Virus record (IMG/VR): IMGVR_UViG_3300024433_000038
Span: 1-28,426 of that record
Strand: one strand, 5' to 3'
Source of the DNA: a virus
Taxonomy: Duplodnaviria > Caudoviricetes
DNA length: 28,426 nt
Each line of letters starts with the position of its first letter. The first letter of the stretch is position 1. Shown one piece after another: positions 17,702 through 25,897 of this stretch. Below the pieces are notes generated by a model. It was not told the origin of the DNA and searched no databases. It saw only the letters and a program-made list of their open reading frames with translations. The position numbers and the translations under genes are program-made.

Positions 17702-18013
17702 TCACACAGTACCGAATAAAGTTACATATCCTTGGTCATGTCCAGTTACTATATGTACTGCACCAGCAGATGCTACCCCACCATCATAGTTCTTTTGAAC
17801 TGTACCATATGCAGTAGATGTTGTAGTTCCACCATATTCTACATATGCAGTTATCACAGTACCCAAACCAGTAGTTGTTGCTGAAATTGATACAGAACTA
17901 TTTGCACTGGAACGTGTCCATGAAAATTCTACTATCTTATTAATGCTGTCTGCACCAGCATTGATAGGACTTCCTTTTGTATTAAAATCTGATGCTGTTG
18001 AATAAGTTGTCAT
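17702..18013 (-). CDS. putative capsid decoration protein
   Basis: 103 aa, Thr/Ser/Gly-rich; TTGLGTVITAYVE...GYVTLFGT; AGGTGA RBS; two genes after the MCP. Confidence 0.6.
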   Translation of the reverse strand: MTTYSTASDFNTKGSPINAGADSINKIVEFSWTRSSANSSVSISATTTGLGTVITAYVEYGGTTTSTAYGTVQKNYDGGVASAGAVHIVTGHDQGYVTLFGTV

Positions 18014-18435
18014 ATATTATCACCTTTTTTTGGTCTCCCTCTCCTTCTTGGAGATTCATCTTCTGCCTCAGCTACTACTTCGACAGGTTCTATTGTTGGT
18101 ACAATCACGGGTTCTGGTGTTGGTTGAGCTTTATTAGCAGCAATGGATGCTTTTACCATTTCTCTAATATCACTTGGCATTTTTTGAAGTTCAGCTTCAA
18201 GCATTGCGTTTTCTTTTTCTGCTTTTCTTCCCAAATGCCACTCTGACAATGCAACAAATTCAAATTCTGATGGTCTTGTTTTGACTAGATTGTCTGCCAG
18301 TGCATCAGGCATTGCAGTTCCTTTTTGCTGGCATTCATATTTGCCTTGTTTATTGAATTTATACACTCCACCAGTTTCCATATCGTCGTAACTGTACTCT
18401 CCGCCTCCACCTAAATATTTTACCCATTTTACCAT
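18010..18435 (-). CDS. hypothetical protein with a C-terminal AT-hook-like motif
   Basis: 141 aa with a Pro/Glu linker then PRRRGRPKK; immediately after the MCP. Confidence 0.75.
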   Translation of the reverse strand: MVKWVKYLGGGGEYSYDDMETGGVYKFNKQGKYECQQKGTAMPDALADNLVKTRPSEFEFVALSEWHLGRKAEKENAMLEAELQKMPSDIREMVKASIAANKAQPTPEPVIVPTIEPVEVVAEAEDESPRRRGRPKKGDNI

Positions 18436-18468
18436 TTGTTTTTCACCTTTAAATAAAAGAGAAAGAGG

Positions 18469-19653
18469 TTATGCCTCTATATCTCTTAGTTTTGCTTGGT
18501 GTCTAAAGATTGAACAGTGTAATTCACCTGCTGTATAATACAAACCTTCAGTTCCAAGTCTGTTTATACCTGATGGGTCATTTCTACTCAAACCATATTC
18601 ATAGTATGATGTTGGTTGTGCCATTGCTAAACCTAGTTTTGGCATACCCATACTAGAACTTGTATCAAGAATATAAATTCTTGCTGCTCCATCAACTAAA
18701 ACATCTGCATCTTCAATTATTGGAAGACCAAATAATGTTGCTACTTCAAACCCACCTTCCATACCGTTTGCTGTTTGCAAACCGTTGGCTGTTAAGTGTG
18801 CTTTTGTAGTTCCACCAGGACTCATCATATATTTTGCTGTTGCATCAATCAAGTTGTCAATCTTTTGTGAAGTTGTAGGTCCAGTCAGAATCGTAGTTGG
18901 ATTTCCACCATAAGTTCTAATGTTCCTAATCTCCGTTCTTATCAAATTCAAAGTCAATGCTCTGTTAGTGTTGTTATTTTCACCAACATTTGCATCTGCC
19001 CAACTTGCTGCTGCATCTCTGTCGATTGCACCTGCGTATGGGTCAGAATCATTTGCATCTACATCTCCACAATCAGTAACTTCCTCGTATGAAGAAACTA
19101 ATCTGTCAATAGATTCCATTCTGTTTGCTGGAGCTGCTGAAATTAATGTTGTTACATCTTTCAAAAGCATGTAGTTAATTTGTTTTGGATGTTCTACTCC
19201 GATATATTCTCTCATATATCCCATGTCGATTGGAGCATCATCTTCCATTCTGCTTATCAACTGTTGTCTGTTTGATACGCTGAATGTGTGTGCTATTTCC
19301 TTTGGTTTTCTTGAAAATGTACTGAATGTTGGTTTTACAGTATCAGGAATTGTTCCGTCTTCTGAAACACCACCAGTTCCAGTTGTTGCTGTTTTTGCAG
19401 TTACAACTCTCACACCCGTTCTTGGCATAGGGAATTTTGGTAATACCCCCAATGTGTTTGCAACATTGTTGAATTGCTGGAACACTTGCGCACCATACAC
19501 AGGATTGTAAGCACCAGTTACGGTTGAGTTTACATTTGCATCCTTTATAATATCATATCCAGATAGATTCCTACCTGCAATATATCCCTCTGCTGATGGG
19601 TCGTAATAATATTTAATCATATCTCCCATTGTTTTAAAATCTCGTTCGCTCAT
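18469..19653 (-). CDS. major capsid protein (HK97 fold)
   Basis: 394 aa directly after the protease/scaffold gene. GGVSEDGTIPDT E-loop-like segment, GGNPTTILTG and TLFGLPIIED motifs; AGGTGA RBS. Confidence 0.9.
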   Translation of the reverse strand: MSERDFKTMGDMIKYYYDPSAEGYIAGRNLSGYDIIKDANVNSTVTGAYNPVYGAQVFQQFNNVANTLGVLPKFPMPRTGVRVVTAKTATTGTGGVSEDGTIPDTVKPTFSTFSRKPKEIAHTFSVSNRQQLISRMEDDAPIDMGYMREYIGVEHPKQINYMLLKDVTTLISAAPANRMESIDRLVSSYEEVTDCGDVDANDSDPYAGAIDRDAAASWADANVGENNNTNRALTLNLIRTEIRNIRTYGGNPTTILTGPTTSQKIDNLIDATAKYMMSPGGTTKAHLTANGLQTANGMEGGFEVATLFGLPIIEDADVLVDGAARIYILDTSSSMGMPKLGLAMAQPTSYYEYGLSRNDPSGINRLGTEGLYYTAGELHCSIFRHQAKLRDIEA

Positions 19654-19665
19654 GTCTTATCACCT

Positions 19666-20778
19666 TTATTTGTATGCGTTTTGCACGTTTTTCAGATAAT
19701 CTGGCTCAGGCTTTTCTGTTCCTATTGTTTCAGGCCTTGCAGATTTCTTTACTTCCGTTACTATCTCTGGTTTTTCATCTTCCTTCTTTGGTTCTTCAGG
19801 AACTTCGGATTCACCTTTTTTAATTTCAGCAAGAACACGTTTGGTAACTTCTTTTACCACTTCTTCTTTTTCATCTTCCTTTGGTTCTTCCTTTTCCTCT
19901 TTCATAATACTACCGCCAAGAGCCTCAAGCAATTTATCTAATTTCTGATTAATTGCTACAAGCATGTTTTGTTCTTGATTTTCTTCTTGAGGTGGCATTT
20001 CTTCTTGAGGAGGGGCTACTTCACCTTCCTGCTTTTTAACCTCTGTTGGTTCAATCTTTTTTATTTTCATTGTATCTACCTCTTTTTCTTTTTTACACAA
20101 TTTCTCAACATCTATATCGTCATCATCTTTAGGAGAAGCTACTGACTGATTTGTTGCATTGCCAGTAGTAACACTTTCTTTTTCCATTTCTTTTAACTTT
20201 GTGTAATAATTAGCGTCTTCATTCAGATGGTCTATTGCTATCTTCAATGCAGCATAAGGGTCATCTGTGTGTTCAAATTCAACTTTTATTCCTGCGGATA
20301 TTTGTTCTGGATTATACGTTTCTTTTTTAACTAATATCGGATTTGTGGTTATGATATTTGTTCCTTTTTCCTTTGCAATAGAAACTGCTTTTACTTTCTT
20401 GCCTATTGCAGGATTATCTGTGAGCGTTATGCTGGAGAGTTCTTTCATAAATATTTGTCCTTTGTCGTCAATGTCGCCTTTCCCTCTAACTGAAAAACCA
20501 AGATTGGATATTTCTTTCCAAACTTCGTCATCACTATCATATACTCTGTCTATTTCTCCTATTCCCATTAGGATATTTCCTTCTCGATATGCACCTTTAA
20601 GTTTACCAATTACTTGGTCTGAATGTTTATATGTTATATTCCCTCTCTTTTTGTTTATTAACGTTGGAACAAGTTTTTCGAGGGAATCTAAATCCATTTT
20701 TTCTCCATCTAAATCTCGCTCTTCGATTGAAATAGGAGAAATAAAAAGTCGTGAATTGCCATCTTGAATGAACTGCAT
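19666..20778 (-). CDS. prohead protease (HK97-type) fused to a DUF5661-like domain and an acidic scaffold
   Basis: ERDLDGEK, catalytic His (YKHSDQVIG) and Ser (LGFSVRG), ITLTDNPA, and an E/K/P-rich C-terminus. Start moved to ATG 20778 because the track's TTG 20796 lies inside the 29-bp repeat. Confidence 0.85.
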   Translation of the reverse strand: MQFIQDGNSRLFISPISIEERDLDGEKMDLDSLEKLVPTLINKKRGNITYKHSDQVIGKLKGAYREGNILMGIGEIDRVYDSDDEVWKEISNLGFSVRGKGDIDDKGQIFMKELSSITLTDNPAIGKKVKAVSIAKEKGTNIITTNPILVKKETYNPEQISAGIKVEFEHTDDPYAALKIAIDHLNEDANYYTKLKEMEKESVTTGNATNQSVASPKDDDDIDVEKLCKKEKEVDTMKIKKIEPTEVKKQEGEVAPPQEEMPPQEENQEQNMLVAINQKLDKLLEALGGSIMKEEKEEPKEDEKEEVVKEVTKRVLAEIKKGESEVPEEPKKEDEKPEIVTEVKKSARPETIGTEKPEPDYLKNVQNAYK

Positions 20779-20789
20779 GTATATAGTGT

Positions 20790-20818
20790 AACCCAAAAGT
20801 TTTTATTGCAGAGTTTTT
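20790..20818 (-). promoter_or_regulatory. 29-bp exact repeat, protease copy; candidate late promoter
   Basis: Minus strand AAAAACTCTGCAATAAAAACTTTTGGGTT, identical to 24855-24883; 11-nt spacer to ATG 20778; no RBS. Confidence 0.8.
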
Positions 20819-20823
20819 GAAAA

Positions 20824-21225
20824 TTATTCTTCATACCTAAACTTTGTTACTGTCATTGCTGATTTTAAAAAAAAATATCCCTCGAAGCCTTCTGTTTCTA
20901 ATTTATGCTTAACATAATAAGCAAACTCTTCATCCCTGTTTAATTTTATTCTTACCCATTTTTTTAATGGTTCTACATCAATATCTCTTCCTGCATCATA
21001 ACCAAATTCTACATCTTGAGCATAAATTACATTGTATCTTATTTCTTTATGTAAATTAGATGCGTTTTCCCAAGAAGTTCCTGATTTCTTTAATTGTCCT
21101 GTGTAATTTACTTTAAGTTCATCTAAGTTTTCTTGTGATTGCTGAAAAATATCTAAAGTGATTTGGTTTAACCATCCAGAAGCCCATTCTTCAAGAACTC
21201 TTGGGTTTAATATTTTAGCGGACAT
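20824..21225 (-). CDS. HK97 gp10-like head/tail component
   Basis: YTGQLKKS...YAQDVEFG...PLKKWV...GFEGYFFLKSA fits the gp10-like pattern (TG.L..S, YA..VE.G, C-terminal F/L motif). Confidence 0.75.
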   Translation of the reverse strand: MSAKILNPRVLEEWASGWLNQITLDIFQQSQENLDELKVNYTGQLKKSGTSWENASNLHKEIRYNVIYAQDVEFGYDAGRDIDVEPLKKWVRIKLNRDEEFAYYVKHKLETEGFEGYFFLKSAMTVTKFRYEE

Positions 21226-21471
21226 TCATATCAACAGATATGCTATTTTTTTGCATTGCGAGCAATAACACATAACAGAAACAACATGATTTATTGATAA
21301 TGAAGGAAAATCCTTCTCGTTACATCGTAATTCTATTTTACATACATCACAAGTAACAAAAAGTTTCTTAGTAAAATGCTTTTTTGATTCTTCTTCTCCG
21401 AAAATTTCTTCTGTTGTTTGTTCACTAAACTTGTCTCCCATCCATCTATTGTATTCGGTTAAAGTTTTCAT
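21226..21471 (-). CDS. small Zn-ribbon protein
   Basis: CDVC...CSQC motifs; AGGTGG RBS. Confidence 0.7.
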   Translation of the reverse strand: MKTLTEYNRWMGDKFSEQTTEEIFGEEESKKHFTKKLFVTCDVCKIELRCNEKDFPSLSINHVVSVMCYCSQCKKIAYLLI

Positions 21472-21491
21472 AGTACCACCTTATCATAATT

Positions 21492-24400
21492 TTACTTTCT
21501 TAATAACTTAACTAGACTCCTACACATATAATGAGCTAATGGTTGGTTGTTATCAACTAACCAATCAGGAAACTCTTTTATGCTTTCTTCTTGGATTGTT
21601 TTTATCAATTCTTCCAAAGTTACACCGTCTTTCGTTCTGTTTGATATTCGTTTGCAGGTATCGGTGGTTCTATGGTCTGAAATGACGTCCCAAGTATATT
21701 TATCATCTGGCTTTTTCACTTCTTCATATGCAGCTATTCTCACTTGATTTGCTACTTTTCCACTCTCTGTTCTTGCAATATTTATAAGTTTGCTTTCTCG
21801 TTCGGTCATTGACGTGTTTAGTTCTTTTACAAGATTATCAAGAGTTATATCCTTGTTTGAAATTGTATCACTTAATCTCTCATATAAATCATCATTGAAG
21901 TTTTCTATTGCTTCGTTCATTCTCTTGTCATTGATTGCTGTGGTGATGAGGTTATCGGTTTTTCCAACGAGAATGTTTTTATTAAACTCTTTCTCTAATG
22001 TATCTATCTCCTTTAATATGATTGATTTTAGCTCTTTTTCAATCAATGGCAAATGGTGAACATCCATATACTTTCTGATATGCTTTGCTATTTCTCGTGC
22101 TTGTTGTCTTGTCGGTGTTCCTGTGATTTTAAGTTCTTGCTTTGCTTTTTCAAATAACTTTTTTATATCTGTTTCAAAGGAATTTTGCTTTTTTTTTATC
22201 TCTTTTGTTAAATCTAACTTGTTTTGTTTGTCAGATGCTTCTTCATCTGCTGGTTTTGGAGTATAATATTTTCCACCTTTTGGCCCTGTCATAACCTTTG
22301 CACCTTTTGGAGGTGGAGCTTTTCCTAATGGTATTTTTTGTTCACTTTGGCCTGAGGTTGCTTGTTCATCTGCACTTCCAAAACCTGAAGACTGCTGATT
22401 GGACTGACCGAATGGTGTATTTGCTTGAGAGAGTGATAATAATGGGTTCTCCTCGAAATCGAACTCTGTCCCATCAGCCTTCAGAACTGCTTTGTAACCT
22501 AACCCTCTCATGATTAGTGCGTACTCTGCATTGGCTTTCTTTAAAGTTACTTCTTCTAATTTATCTTTTTCTATTGCAGGAGCTACAATTATCCTGTAAT
22601 CGCTCACATCTGCACATTCACTTATAATATTGAGAATTTTATTGTTTAATGTATTCTGACCAAATTCAACCGTATCATCTAATATTTGAAGTTGTCTTGA
22701 ATTGTGATGAACAATATAACCCAAACCACCAACAAAAGTATGGTCTTCCGTTTCTATATCATATACACTTCCTGAATAGGTTGTTTTTAGGATTTTAGTT
22801 ACTTCATTTTCTTTAGTTTTAAAATCTGTTTTTACTATCCTGATTCTTAATATCATATTTCCGTTATTCTCTTTCCATTCTACTTTTGTTTTATGCCCTA
22901 ATACGTTAAATAGATACTGAAGACCTGCTGCTAAAGGTTTTGAAATTGAGCTAAATGTTTCTCTCCCTCGTTCGTCAATATGTCCATCCCCTGTCATATA
23001 ACCTTTCAAATATGCTTCTTTTACTTCTTTAGTTCCATTTAATATTTGTGGAGGAACTTTCTTCAATCGTATTGTTTCTATTCCATCCTTCCCGAAGTTA
23101 TTTTCTCTATATGAAGAATAGCAGTATTCGTTTATCCAATCATAAACTTTTTGTTTGCTCATATCTAATCTATATAATTGTTCATTCATTTTTGCGGTTT
23201 CTCTTAAATGAAATTTATCTGCAAAAAAGGCTTCTGCCCCTTCTTTTGCTTTTTGTAATGTTTCTTTATTTGCGTCGTCTATACATACTCTTACACCTGC
23301 GTGTTTGTCTGTGCTAGTTCCATCTGCGGCAAAAGCACCCAGCATATAAGCAAATGATGGAGTAATTGTTTCTAATTGTACGTCTGGTTCTGGTTCTCTT
23401 AGTTCAATCTTATCTTTTTCTTTTACGTCTTTTCCATATAATTCAGATTTATCTTCTCTAAAAATAGAATGGTCACCTGTAATTGATGTAAATCCTGTTG
23501 TAGTATTAACCTCATAAATATCTCTTTCTTTAACTTTGTGCCTAAAGACGTTTTTAATCAGACTCCAACCGCTTCTTGTAAGTACTTCCTTATCTTCTAA
23601 TCCTCTATTGCAAAGTTTATGGTCGCCTGTAGTGTGTAACGAGGCTATGGGTACTATGTCCAGCCATCCTTTTTGTTTTATCACAACTGGAACGTCGGGC
23701 ATAAGACTTTCATTCGATAACCCCCCAGCACTTTGGACGTCTCCGCTGAAAACAGGGGTTACCCCATATGAAGCTAGACAGATTCTCCTGAACTCATTTC
23801 GCATTTCTACAAATTGCATCTCTTCATTGCTTGGCATGAAGTTTATGTATTCTGCTGCTTGTTTTACTCCTTCATTTTGTATTGTAAGCATCAGGGGTTC
23901 TAATGGCATTTTTCTGTGTTCTTCTCTTGCTGCGGAAATAGCTTCAGCCATTCCGTCAGGATTAGGAGTTGCAAAAACAAATATTCCTCTCGGTGGTCTT
24001 TGGAGGGAGTATGTTTGCCATATGAACATATCCTGACCGAGCAAACTTTTTAGTTTCAATACCAATGCTCTTATCGGTGGGTCTCCACGTGCAAGAGATG
24101 GCATATATTTGGATGCGTGGTGAACTTCAAAGTCTGCATAATAATATGACTTTTGCCCATACCCTGTGTAATTAAACCATGCGGGGTATGTTTTTAAATT
24201 ACATATATTACATCGGTCAGATTTCTGTTCAAACGTTCGATGTTGAAGGCATACATATATTCTTTCTCCTGAACTATTATAACCGAAGTTAAACGCTCTG
24301 TCCTGAACAAACTTAATCCATACTGGGTCAAGCTGTAATATTTCTTTTAAATCTTTTTTAACCATTTCCCCTAATGCATCAAACCCATAATCATAATGAA

Positions 24401-24842
24401 ATAAAACAAATGCATCATCGAAGGTTTCAAAATCTCTTTCAATCTGTCTTAGAAAATCCAATAATGTTTGTCTGTTGGTATTGCATGATTTTAGCAATTC
24501 TTCGAGTACTTTCTTTTCTTTTATATCGGGTTTTCTTAATAATCTGAATTTACATTCTTCACATTCTTGCACATCGTTTGTGCTTTCTGTTCCGCATTTT
24601 AAACATTTACGTGCGAACTTTTCTTCAACTTCCAAGCCATTTCTAAAAATATGCGTTTGTAAAGTCAAATGAATGATACGCATTATATCCGAATGTCTGG
24701 CAAACCACAGCCAATCATTCCGTTGAAACATCTCAATTTCTTTCAGCCATTCTTGAATAATCGCATTAGGTCTAATCTCGGTAGGCTGAATGATTAGTTT
24801 CTTTGCAGCTTGTAGCCTTTGGTAAGGCGAATGTCCACGCAT
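21492..24842 (-). CDS. portal protein with intein, fused to a C-terminal Mu gpF / SPP1 gp7-like head morphogenesis domain
   Basis: Portal motifs DFETFDDAFV, LDPVWIK, PPRGIF and EMQFVEMRNEFRRICLASYGVTPVF. C-terminal NIARTE...YTWDVISDHRTTDTC...HYMCRS. Lies between terminase and protease; about 780 aa after splicing. Confidence 0.88.
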   Translation of the reverse strand: MRGHSPYQRLQAAKKLIIQPTEIRPNAIIQEWLKEIEMFQRNDWLWFARHSDIMRIIHLTLQTHIFRNGLEVEEKFARKCLKCGTESTNDVQECEECKFRLLRKPDIKEKKVLEELLKSCNTNRQTLLDFLRQIERDFETFDDAFVLFHYDYGFDALGEMVKKDLKEILQLDPVWIKFVQDRAFNFGYNSSGERIYVCLQHRTFEQKSDRCNICNLKTYPAWFNYTGYGQKSYYYADFEVHHASKYMPSLARGDPPIRALVLKLKSLLGQDMFIWQTYSLQRPPRGIFVFATPNPDGMAEAISAAREEHRKMPLEPLMLTIQNEGVKQAAEYINFMPSNEEMQFVEMRNEFRRICLASYGVTPVFSGDVQSAGGLSNESLMPDVPVVIKQKGWLDIVPIASLHTTGDHKLCNRGLEDKEVLTRSGWSLIKNVFRHKVKERDIYEVNTTTGFTSITGDHSIFREDKSELYGKDVKEKDKIELREPEPDVQLETITPSFAYMLGAFAADGTSTDKHAGVRVCIDDANKETLQKAKEGAEAFFADKFHLRETAKMNEQLYRLDMSKQKVYDWINEYCYSSYRENNFGKDGIETIRLKKVPPQILNGTKEVKEAYLKGYMTGDGHIDERGRETFSSISKPLAAGLQYLFNVLGHKTKVEWKENNGNMILRIRIVKTDFKTKENEVTKILKTTYSGSVYDIETEDHTFVGGLGYIVHHNSRQLQILDDTVEFGQNTLNNKILNIISECADVSDYRIIVAPAIEKDKLEEVTLKKANAEYALIMRGLGYKAVLKADGTEFDFEENPLLSLSQANTPFGQSNQQSSGFGSADEQATSGQSEQKIPLGKAPPPKGAKVMTGPKGGKYYTPKPADEEASDKQNKLDLTKEIKKKQNSFETDIKKLFEKAKQELKITGTPTRQQAREIAKHIRKYMDVHHLPLIEKELKSIILKEIDTLEKEFNKNILVGKTDNLITTAINDKRMNEAIENFNDDLYERLSDTISNKDITLDNLVKELNTSMTERESKLINIARTESGKVANQVRIAAYEEVKKPDDKYTWDVISDHRTTDTCKRISNRTKDGVTLEELIKTIQEESIKEFPDWLVDNNQPLAHYMCRSLVKLLRK
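22701..23708 (-). mobile_element. intein with LAGLIDADG homing endonuclease (336 aa, residues 379-714 of the portal precursor)
   Basis: Block A SLMPDVPV; block B ITGDHSIF; LAGLIDADG motifs MLGAFAADG and LKGYMTGDG; block F VYDIETEDHTF; block G HHN followed by Ser+1. Confidence 0.93.
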
Positions 24843-24854
24843 CTATTCTATTGC

Positions 24855-24883
24855 AACCCAAAAGTTTTTATTGCAGAGTTTTT
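24855..24883 (-). promoter_or_regulatory. 29-bp exact repeat, portal copy; candidate late promoter
   Basis: Identical to 20790-20818; 12-nt spacer to ATG 24842; no RBS. Confidence 0.8.
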
Positions 24884-24891
24884 AAGGGTGT

Positions 24892-24914
24892 GGGGGGTTT
24901 TGAGGAAACCCCCC
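24892..24914. other. GC-rich hairpin (possible terminator)
   Basis: GGGGGGTTT-TGAGG-AAACCCCCC is a perfect 9-bp stem in an AT-rich background, just upstream of the portal promoter repeat. Confidence 0.6.
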
Positions 24915-24966
24915 CTAAACTCTTTTTTTGTGGTTAGATGAAAAAAACACAATATATATCTAAATA

Positions 24967-25326
24967 TTACTGGAACTTCAACCTTTTTAATACTTCCTTA
25001 ATATCGTGTTGCATTTCCATCATGCGTGGGTTTATTTCAAAACCAAATGATGCTTCTTGAGGCAGAATGATAAACACGTCTATCAATGCAAATATCAAAA
25101 GACCTATTCCGCCTATCAATGCATAGACGGCATATTGGTTTAAATCTGCTCCCAGTTGTTGGGATATTGCAATTAACATCACTGCATTGAATACGTTTAT
25201 ACTTCTGTAAAAATATGTTATGCATCTTTCAAAGATAACTTTCATTGCTCCAAGACTTAAAGTAAAATGCCCAATTTTTATAGGAGTATCAATTAGCTTT
25301 TTTCTTATATCTTTTAATAATGTCAT
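24967..25326 (-). CDS. membrane protein (about 2 TM helices)
   Basis: Hydrophobic segments INVFNAVMLIAI and AVYALIGGIGLLIFALIDVFIIL. ATG 25326 overlaps the upstream stop (ATGA) and is preferred over the track's 25356. Confidence 0.75.
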   Translation of the reverse strand: MTLLKDIRKKLIDTPIKIGHFTLSLGAMKVIFERCITYFYRSINVFNAVMLIAISQQLGADLNQYAVYALIGGIGLLIFALIDVFIILPQEASFGFEINPRMMEMQHDIKEVLKRLKFQ

Positions 25327-25517
25327 TTCTCTTTCACCCATTTTGTTTTTCCACACTCACAGATAAACTTTCTTTTAGGCTGTTGATTTGGACAATAATA
25401 CTGACTCACATATTCTCTAAAATCTAATTTATCTGGTTTTATAAATTCTCCATGTTCCCCACAATCACACTGCCATGTAGTTGCATCTGTAGGATAAAAT
25501 TTGTGTTTATGTTTCAT
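25323..25517 (-). CDS. small His/Cys-rich protein
   Basis: HKHKF...CDCG...FICECG; 64 aa. Confidence 0.7.
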   Translation of the reverse strand: MKHKHKFYPTDATTWQCDCGEHGEFIKPDKLDFREYVSQYYCPNQQPKRKFICECGKTKWVKEK

Positions 25518-25529
25518 TTTGAATCAATC

Positions 25530-25682
25530 CTATTTTTTTGGGTTATCTGGCAATATACTTTTTTCAATTATATCATCTAAAACTTTTCTATCAAATTGTG
25601 GTATATTATCACTTAACCATTTTATATTTTTTTCTTCTACTTTTCTATATTTTATTCCGTTTATTTCTATTATATCTTCCAT
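25530..25682 (-). CDS. small hypothetical protein (50 aa, MEDIIEINGIKYRKVEEK...)
   Basis: Translated by hand, not in the track. GAGGTG RBS, TAG at 25530-25532; fills the gap in the operon. Confidence 0.7.
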   Translation of the reverse strand: MEDIIEINGIKYRKVEEKNIKWLSDNIPQFDRKVLDDIIEKSILPDNPKK

Positions 25683-25684
25683 TT

Positions 25685-25897
25685 TCAACACCTCTTTTTG
25701 ATAAACTTTTTGAGTTCTATTGCATATGTTTTTCTTTCTTGCATTGTACCCATTCGTTTTGAGTTGTCTGCTATCTTATCCCATTCTTTTTTACAAGAAT
25801 AGCATAAAAAAATAAATCCTTTGGTCAGAATATCCTCATAAGCTTCTATTTTATATGTAGAATTATTACATTTATTACATTGGATATAATCAGTCAT
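25685..25897 (-). CDS. small Zn-ribbon protein
   Basis: CNKC...CYSC; ATGA overlap with the upstream gene. Confidence 0.75.
   Translation of the reverse strand: MTDYIQCNKCNNSTYKIEAYEDILTKGFIFLCYSCKKEWDKIADNSKRMGTMQERKTYAIELKKFIKKRC

Noticed and set aside
20790-24883. 29-bp direct repeat as CRISPR repeat, att site or IS end
   Set aside because: Only two copies 4 kb apart, with no spacers, integrase or transposase, enclosing essential genes. The fixed distance to start codons fits a promoter better.
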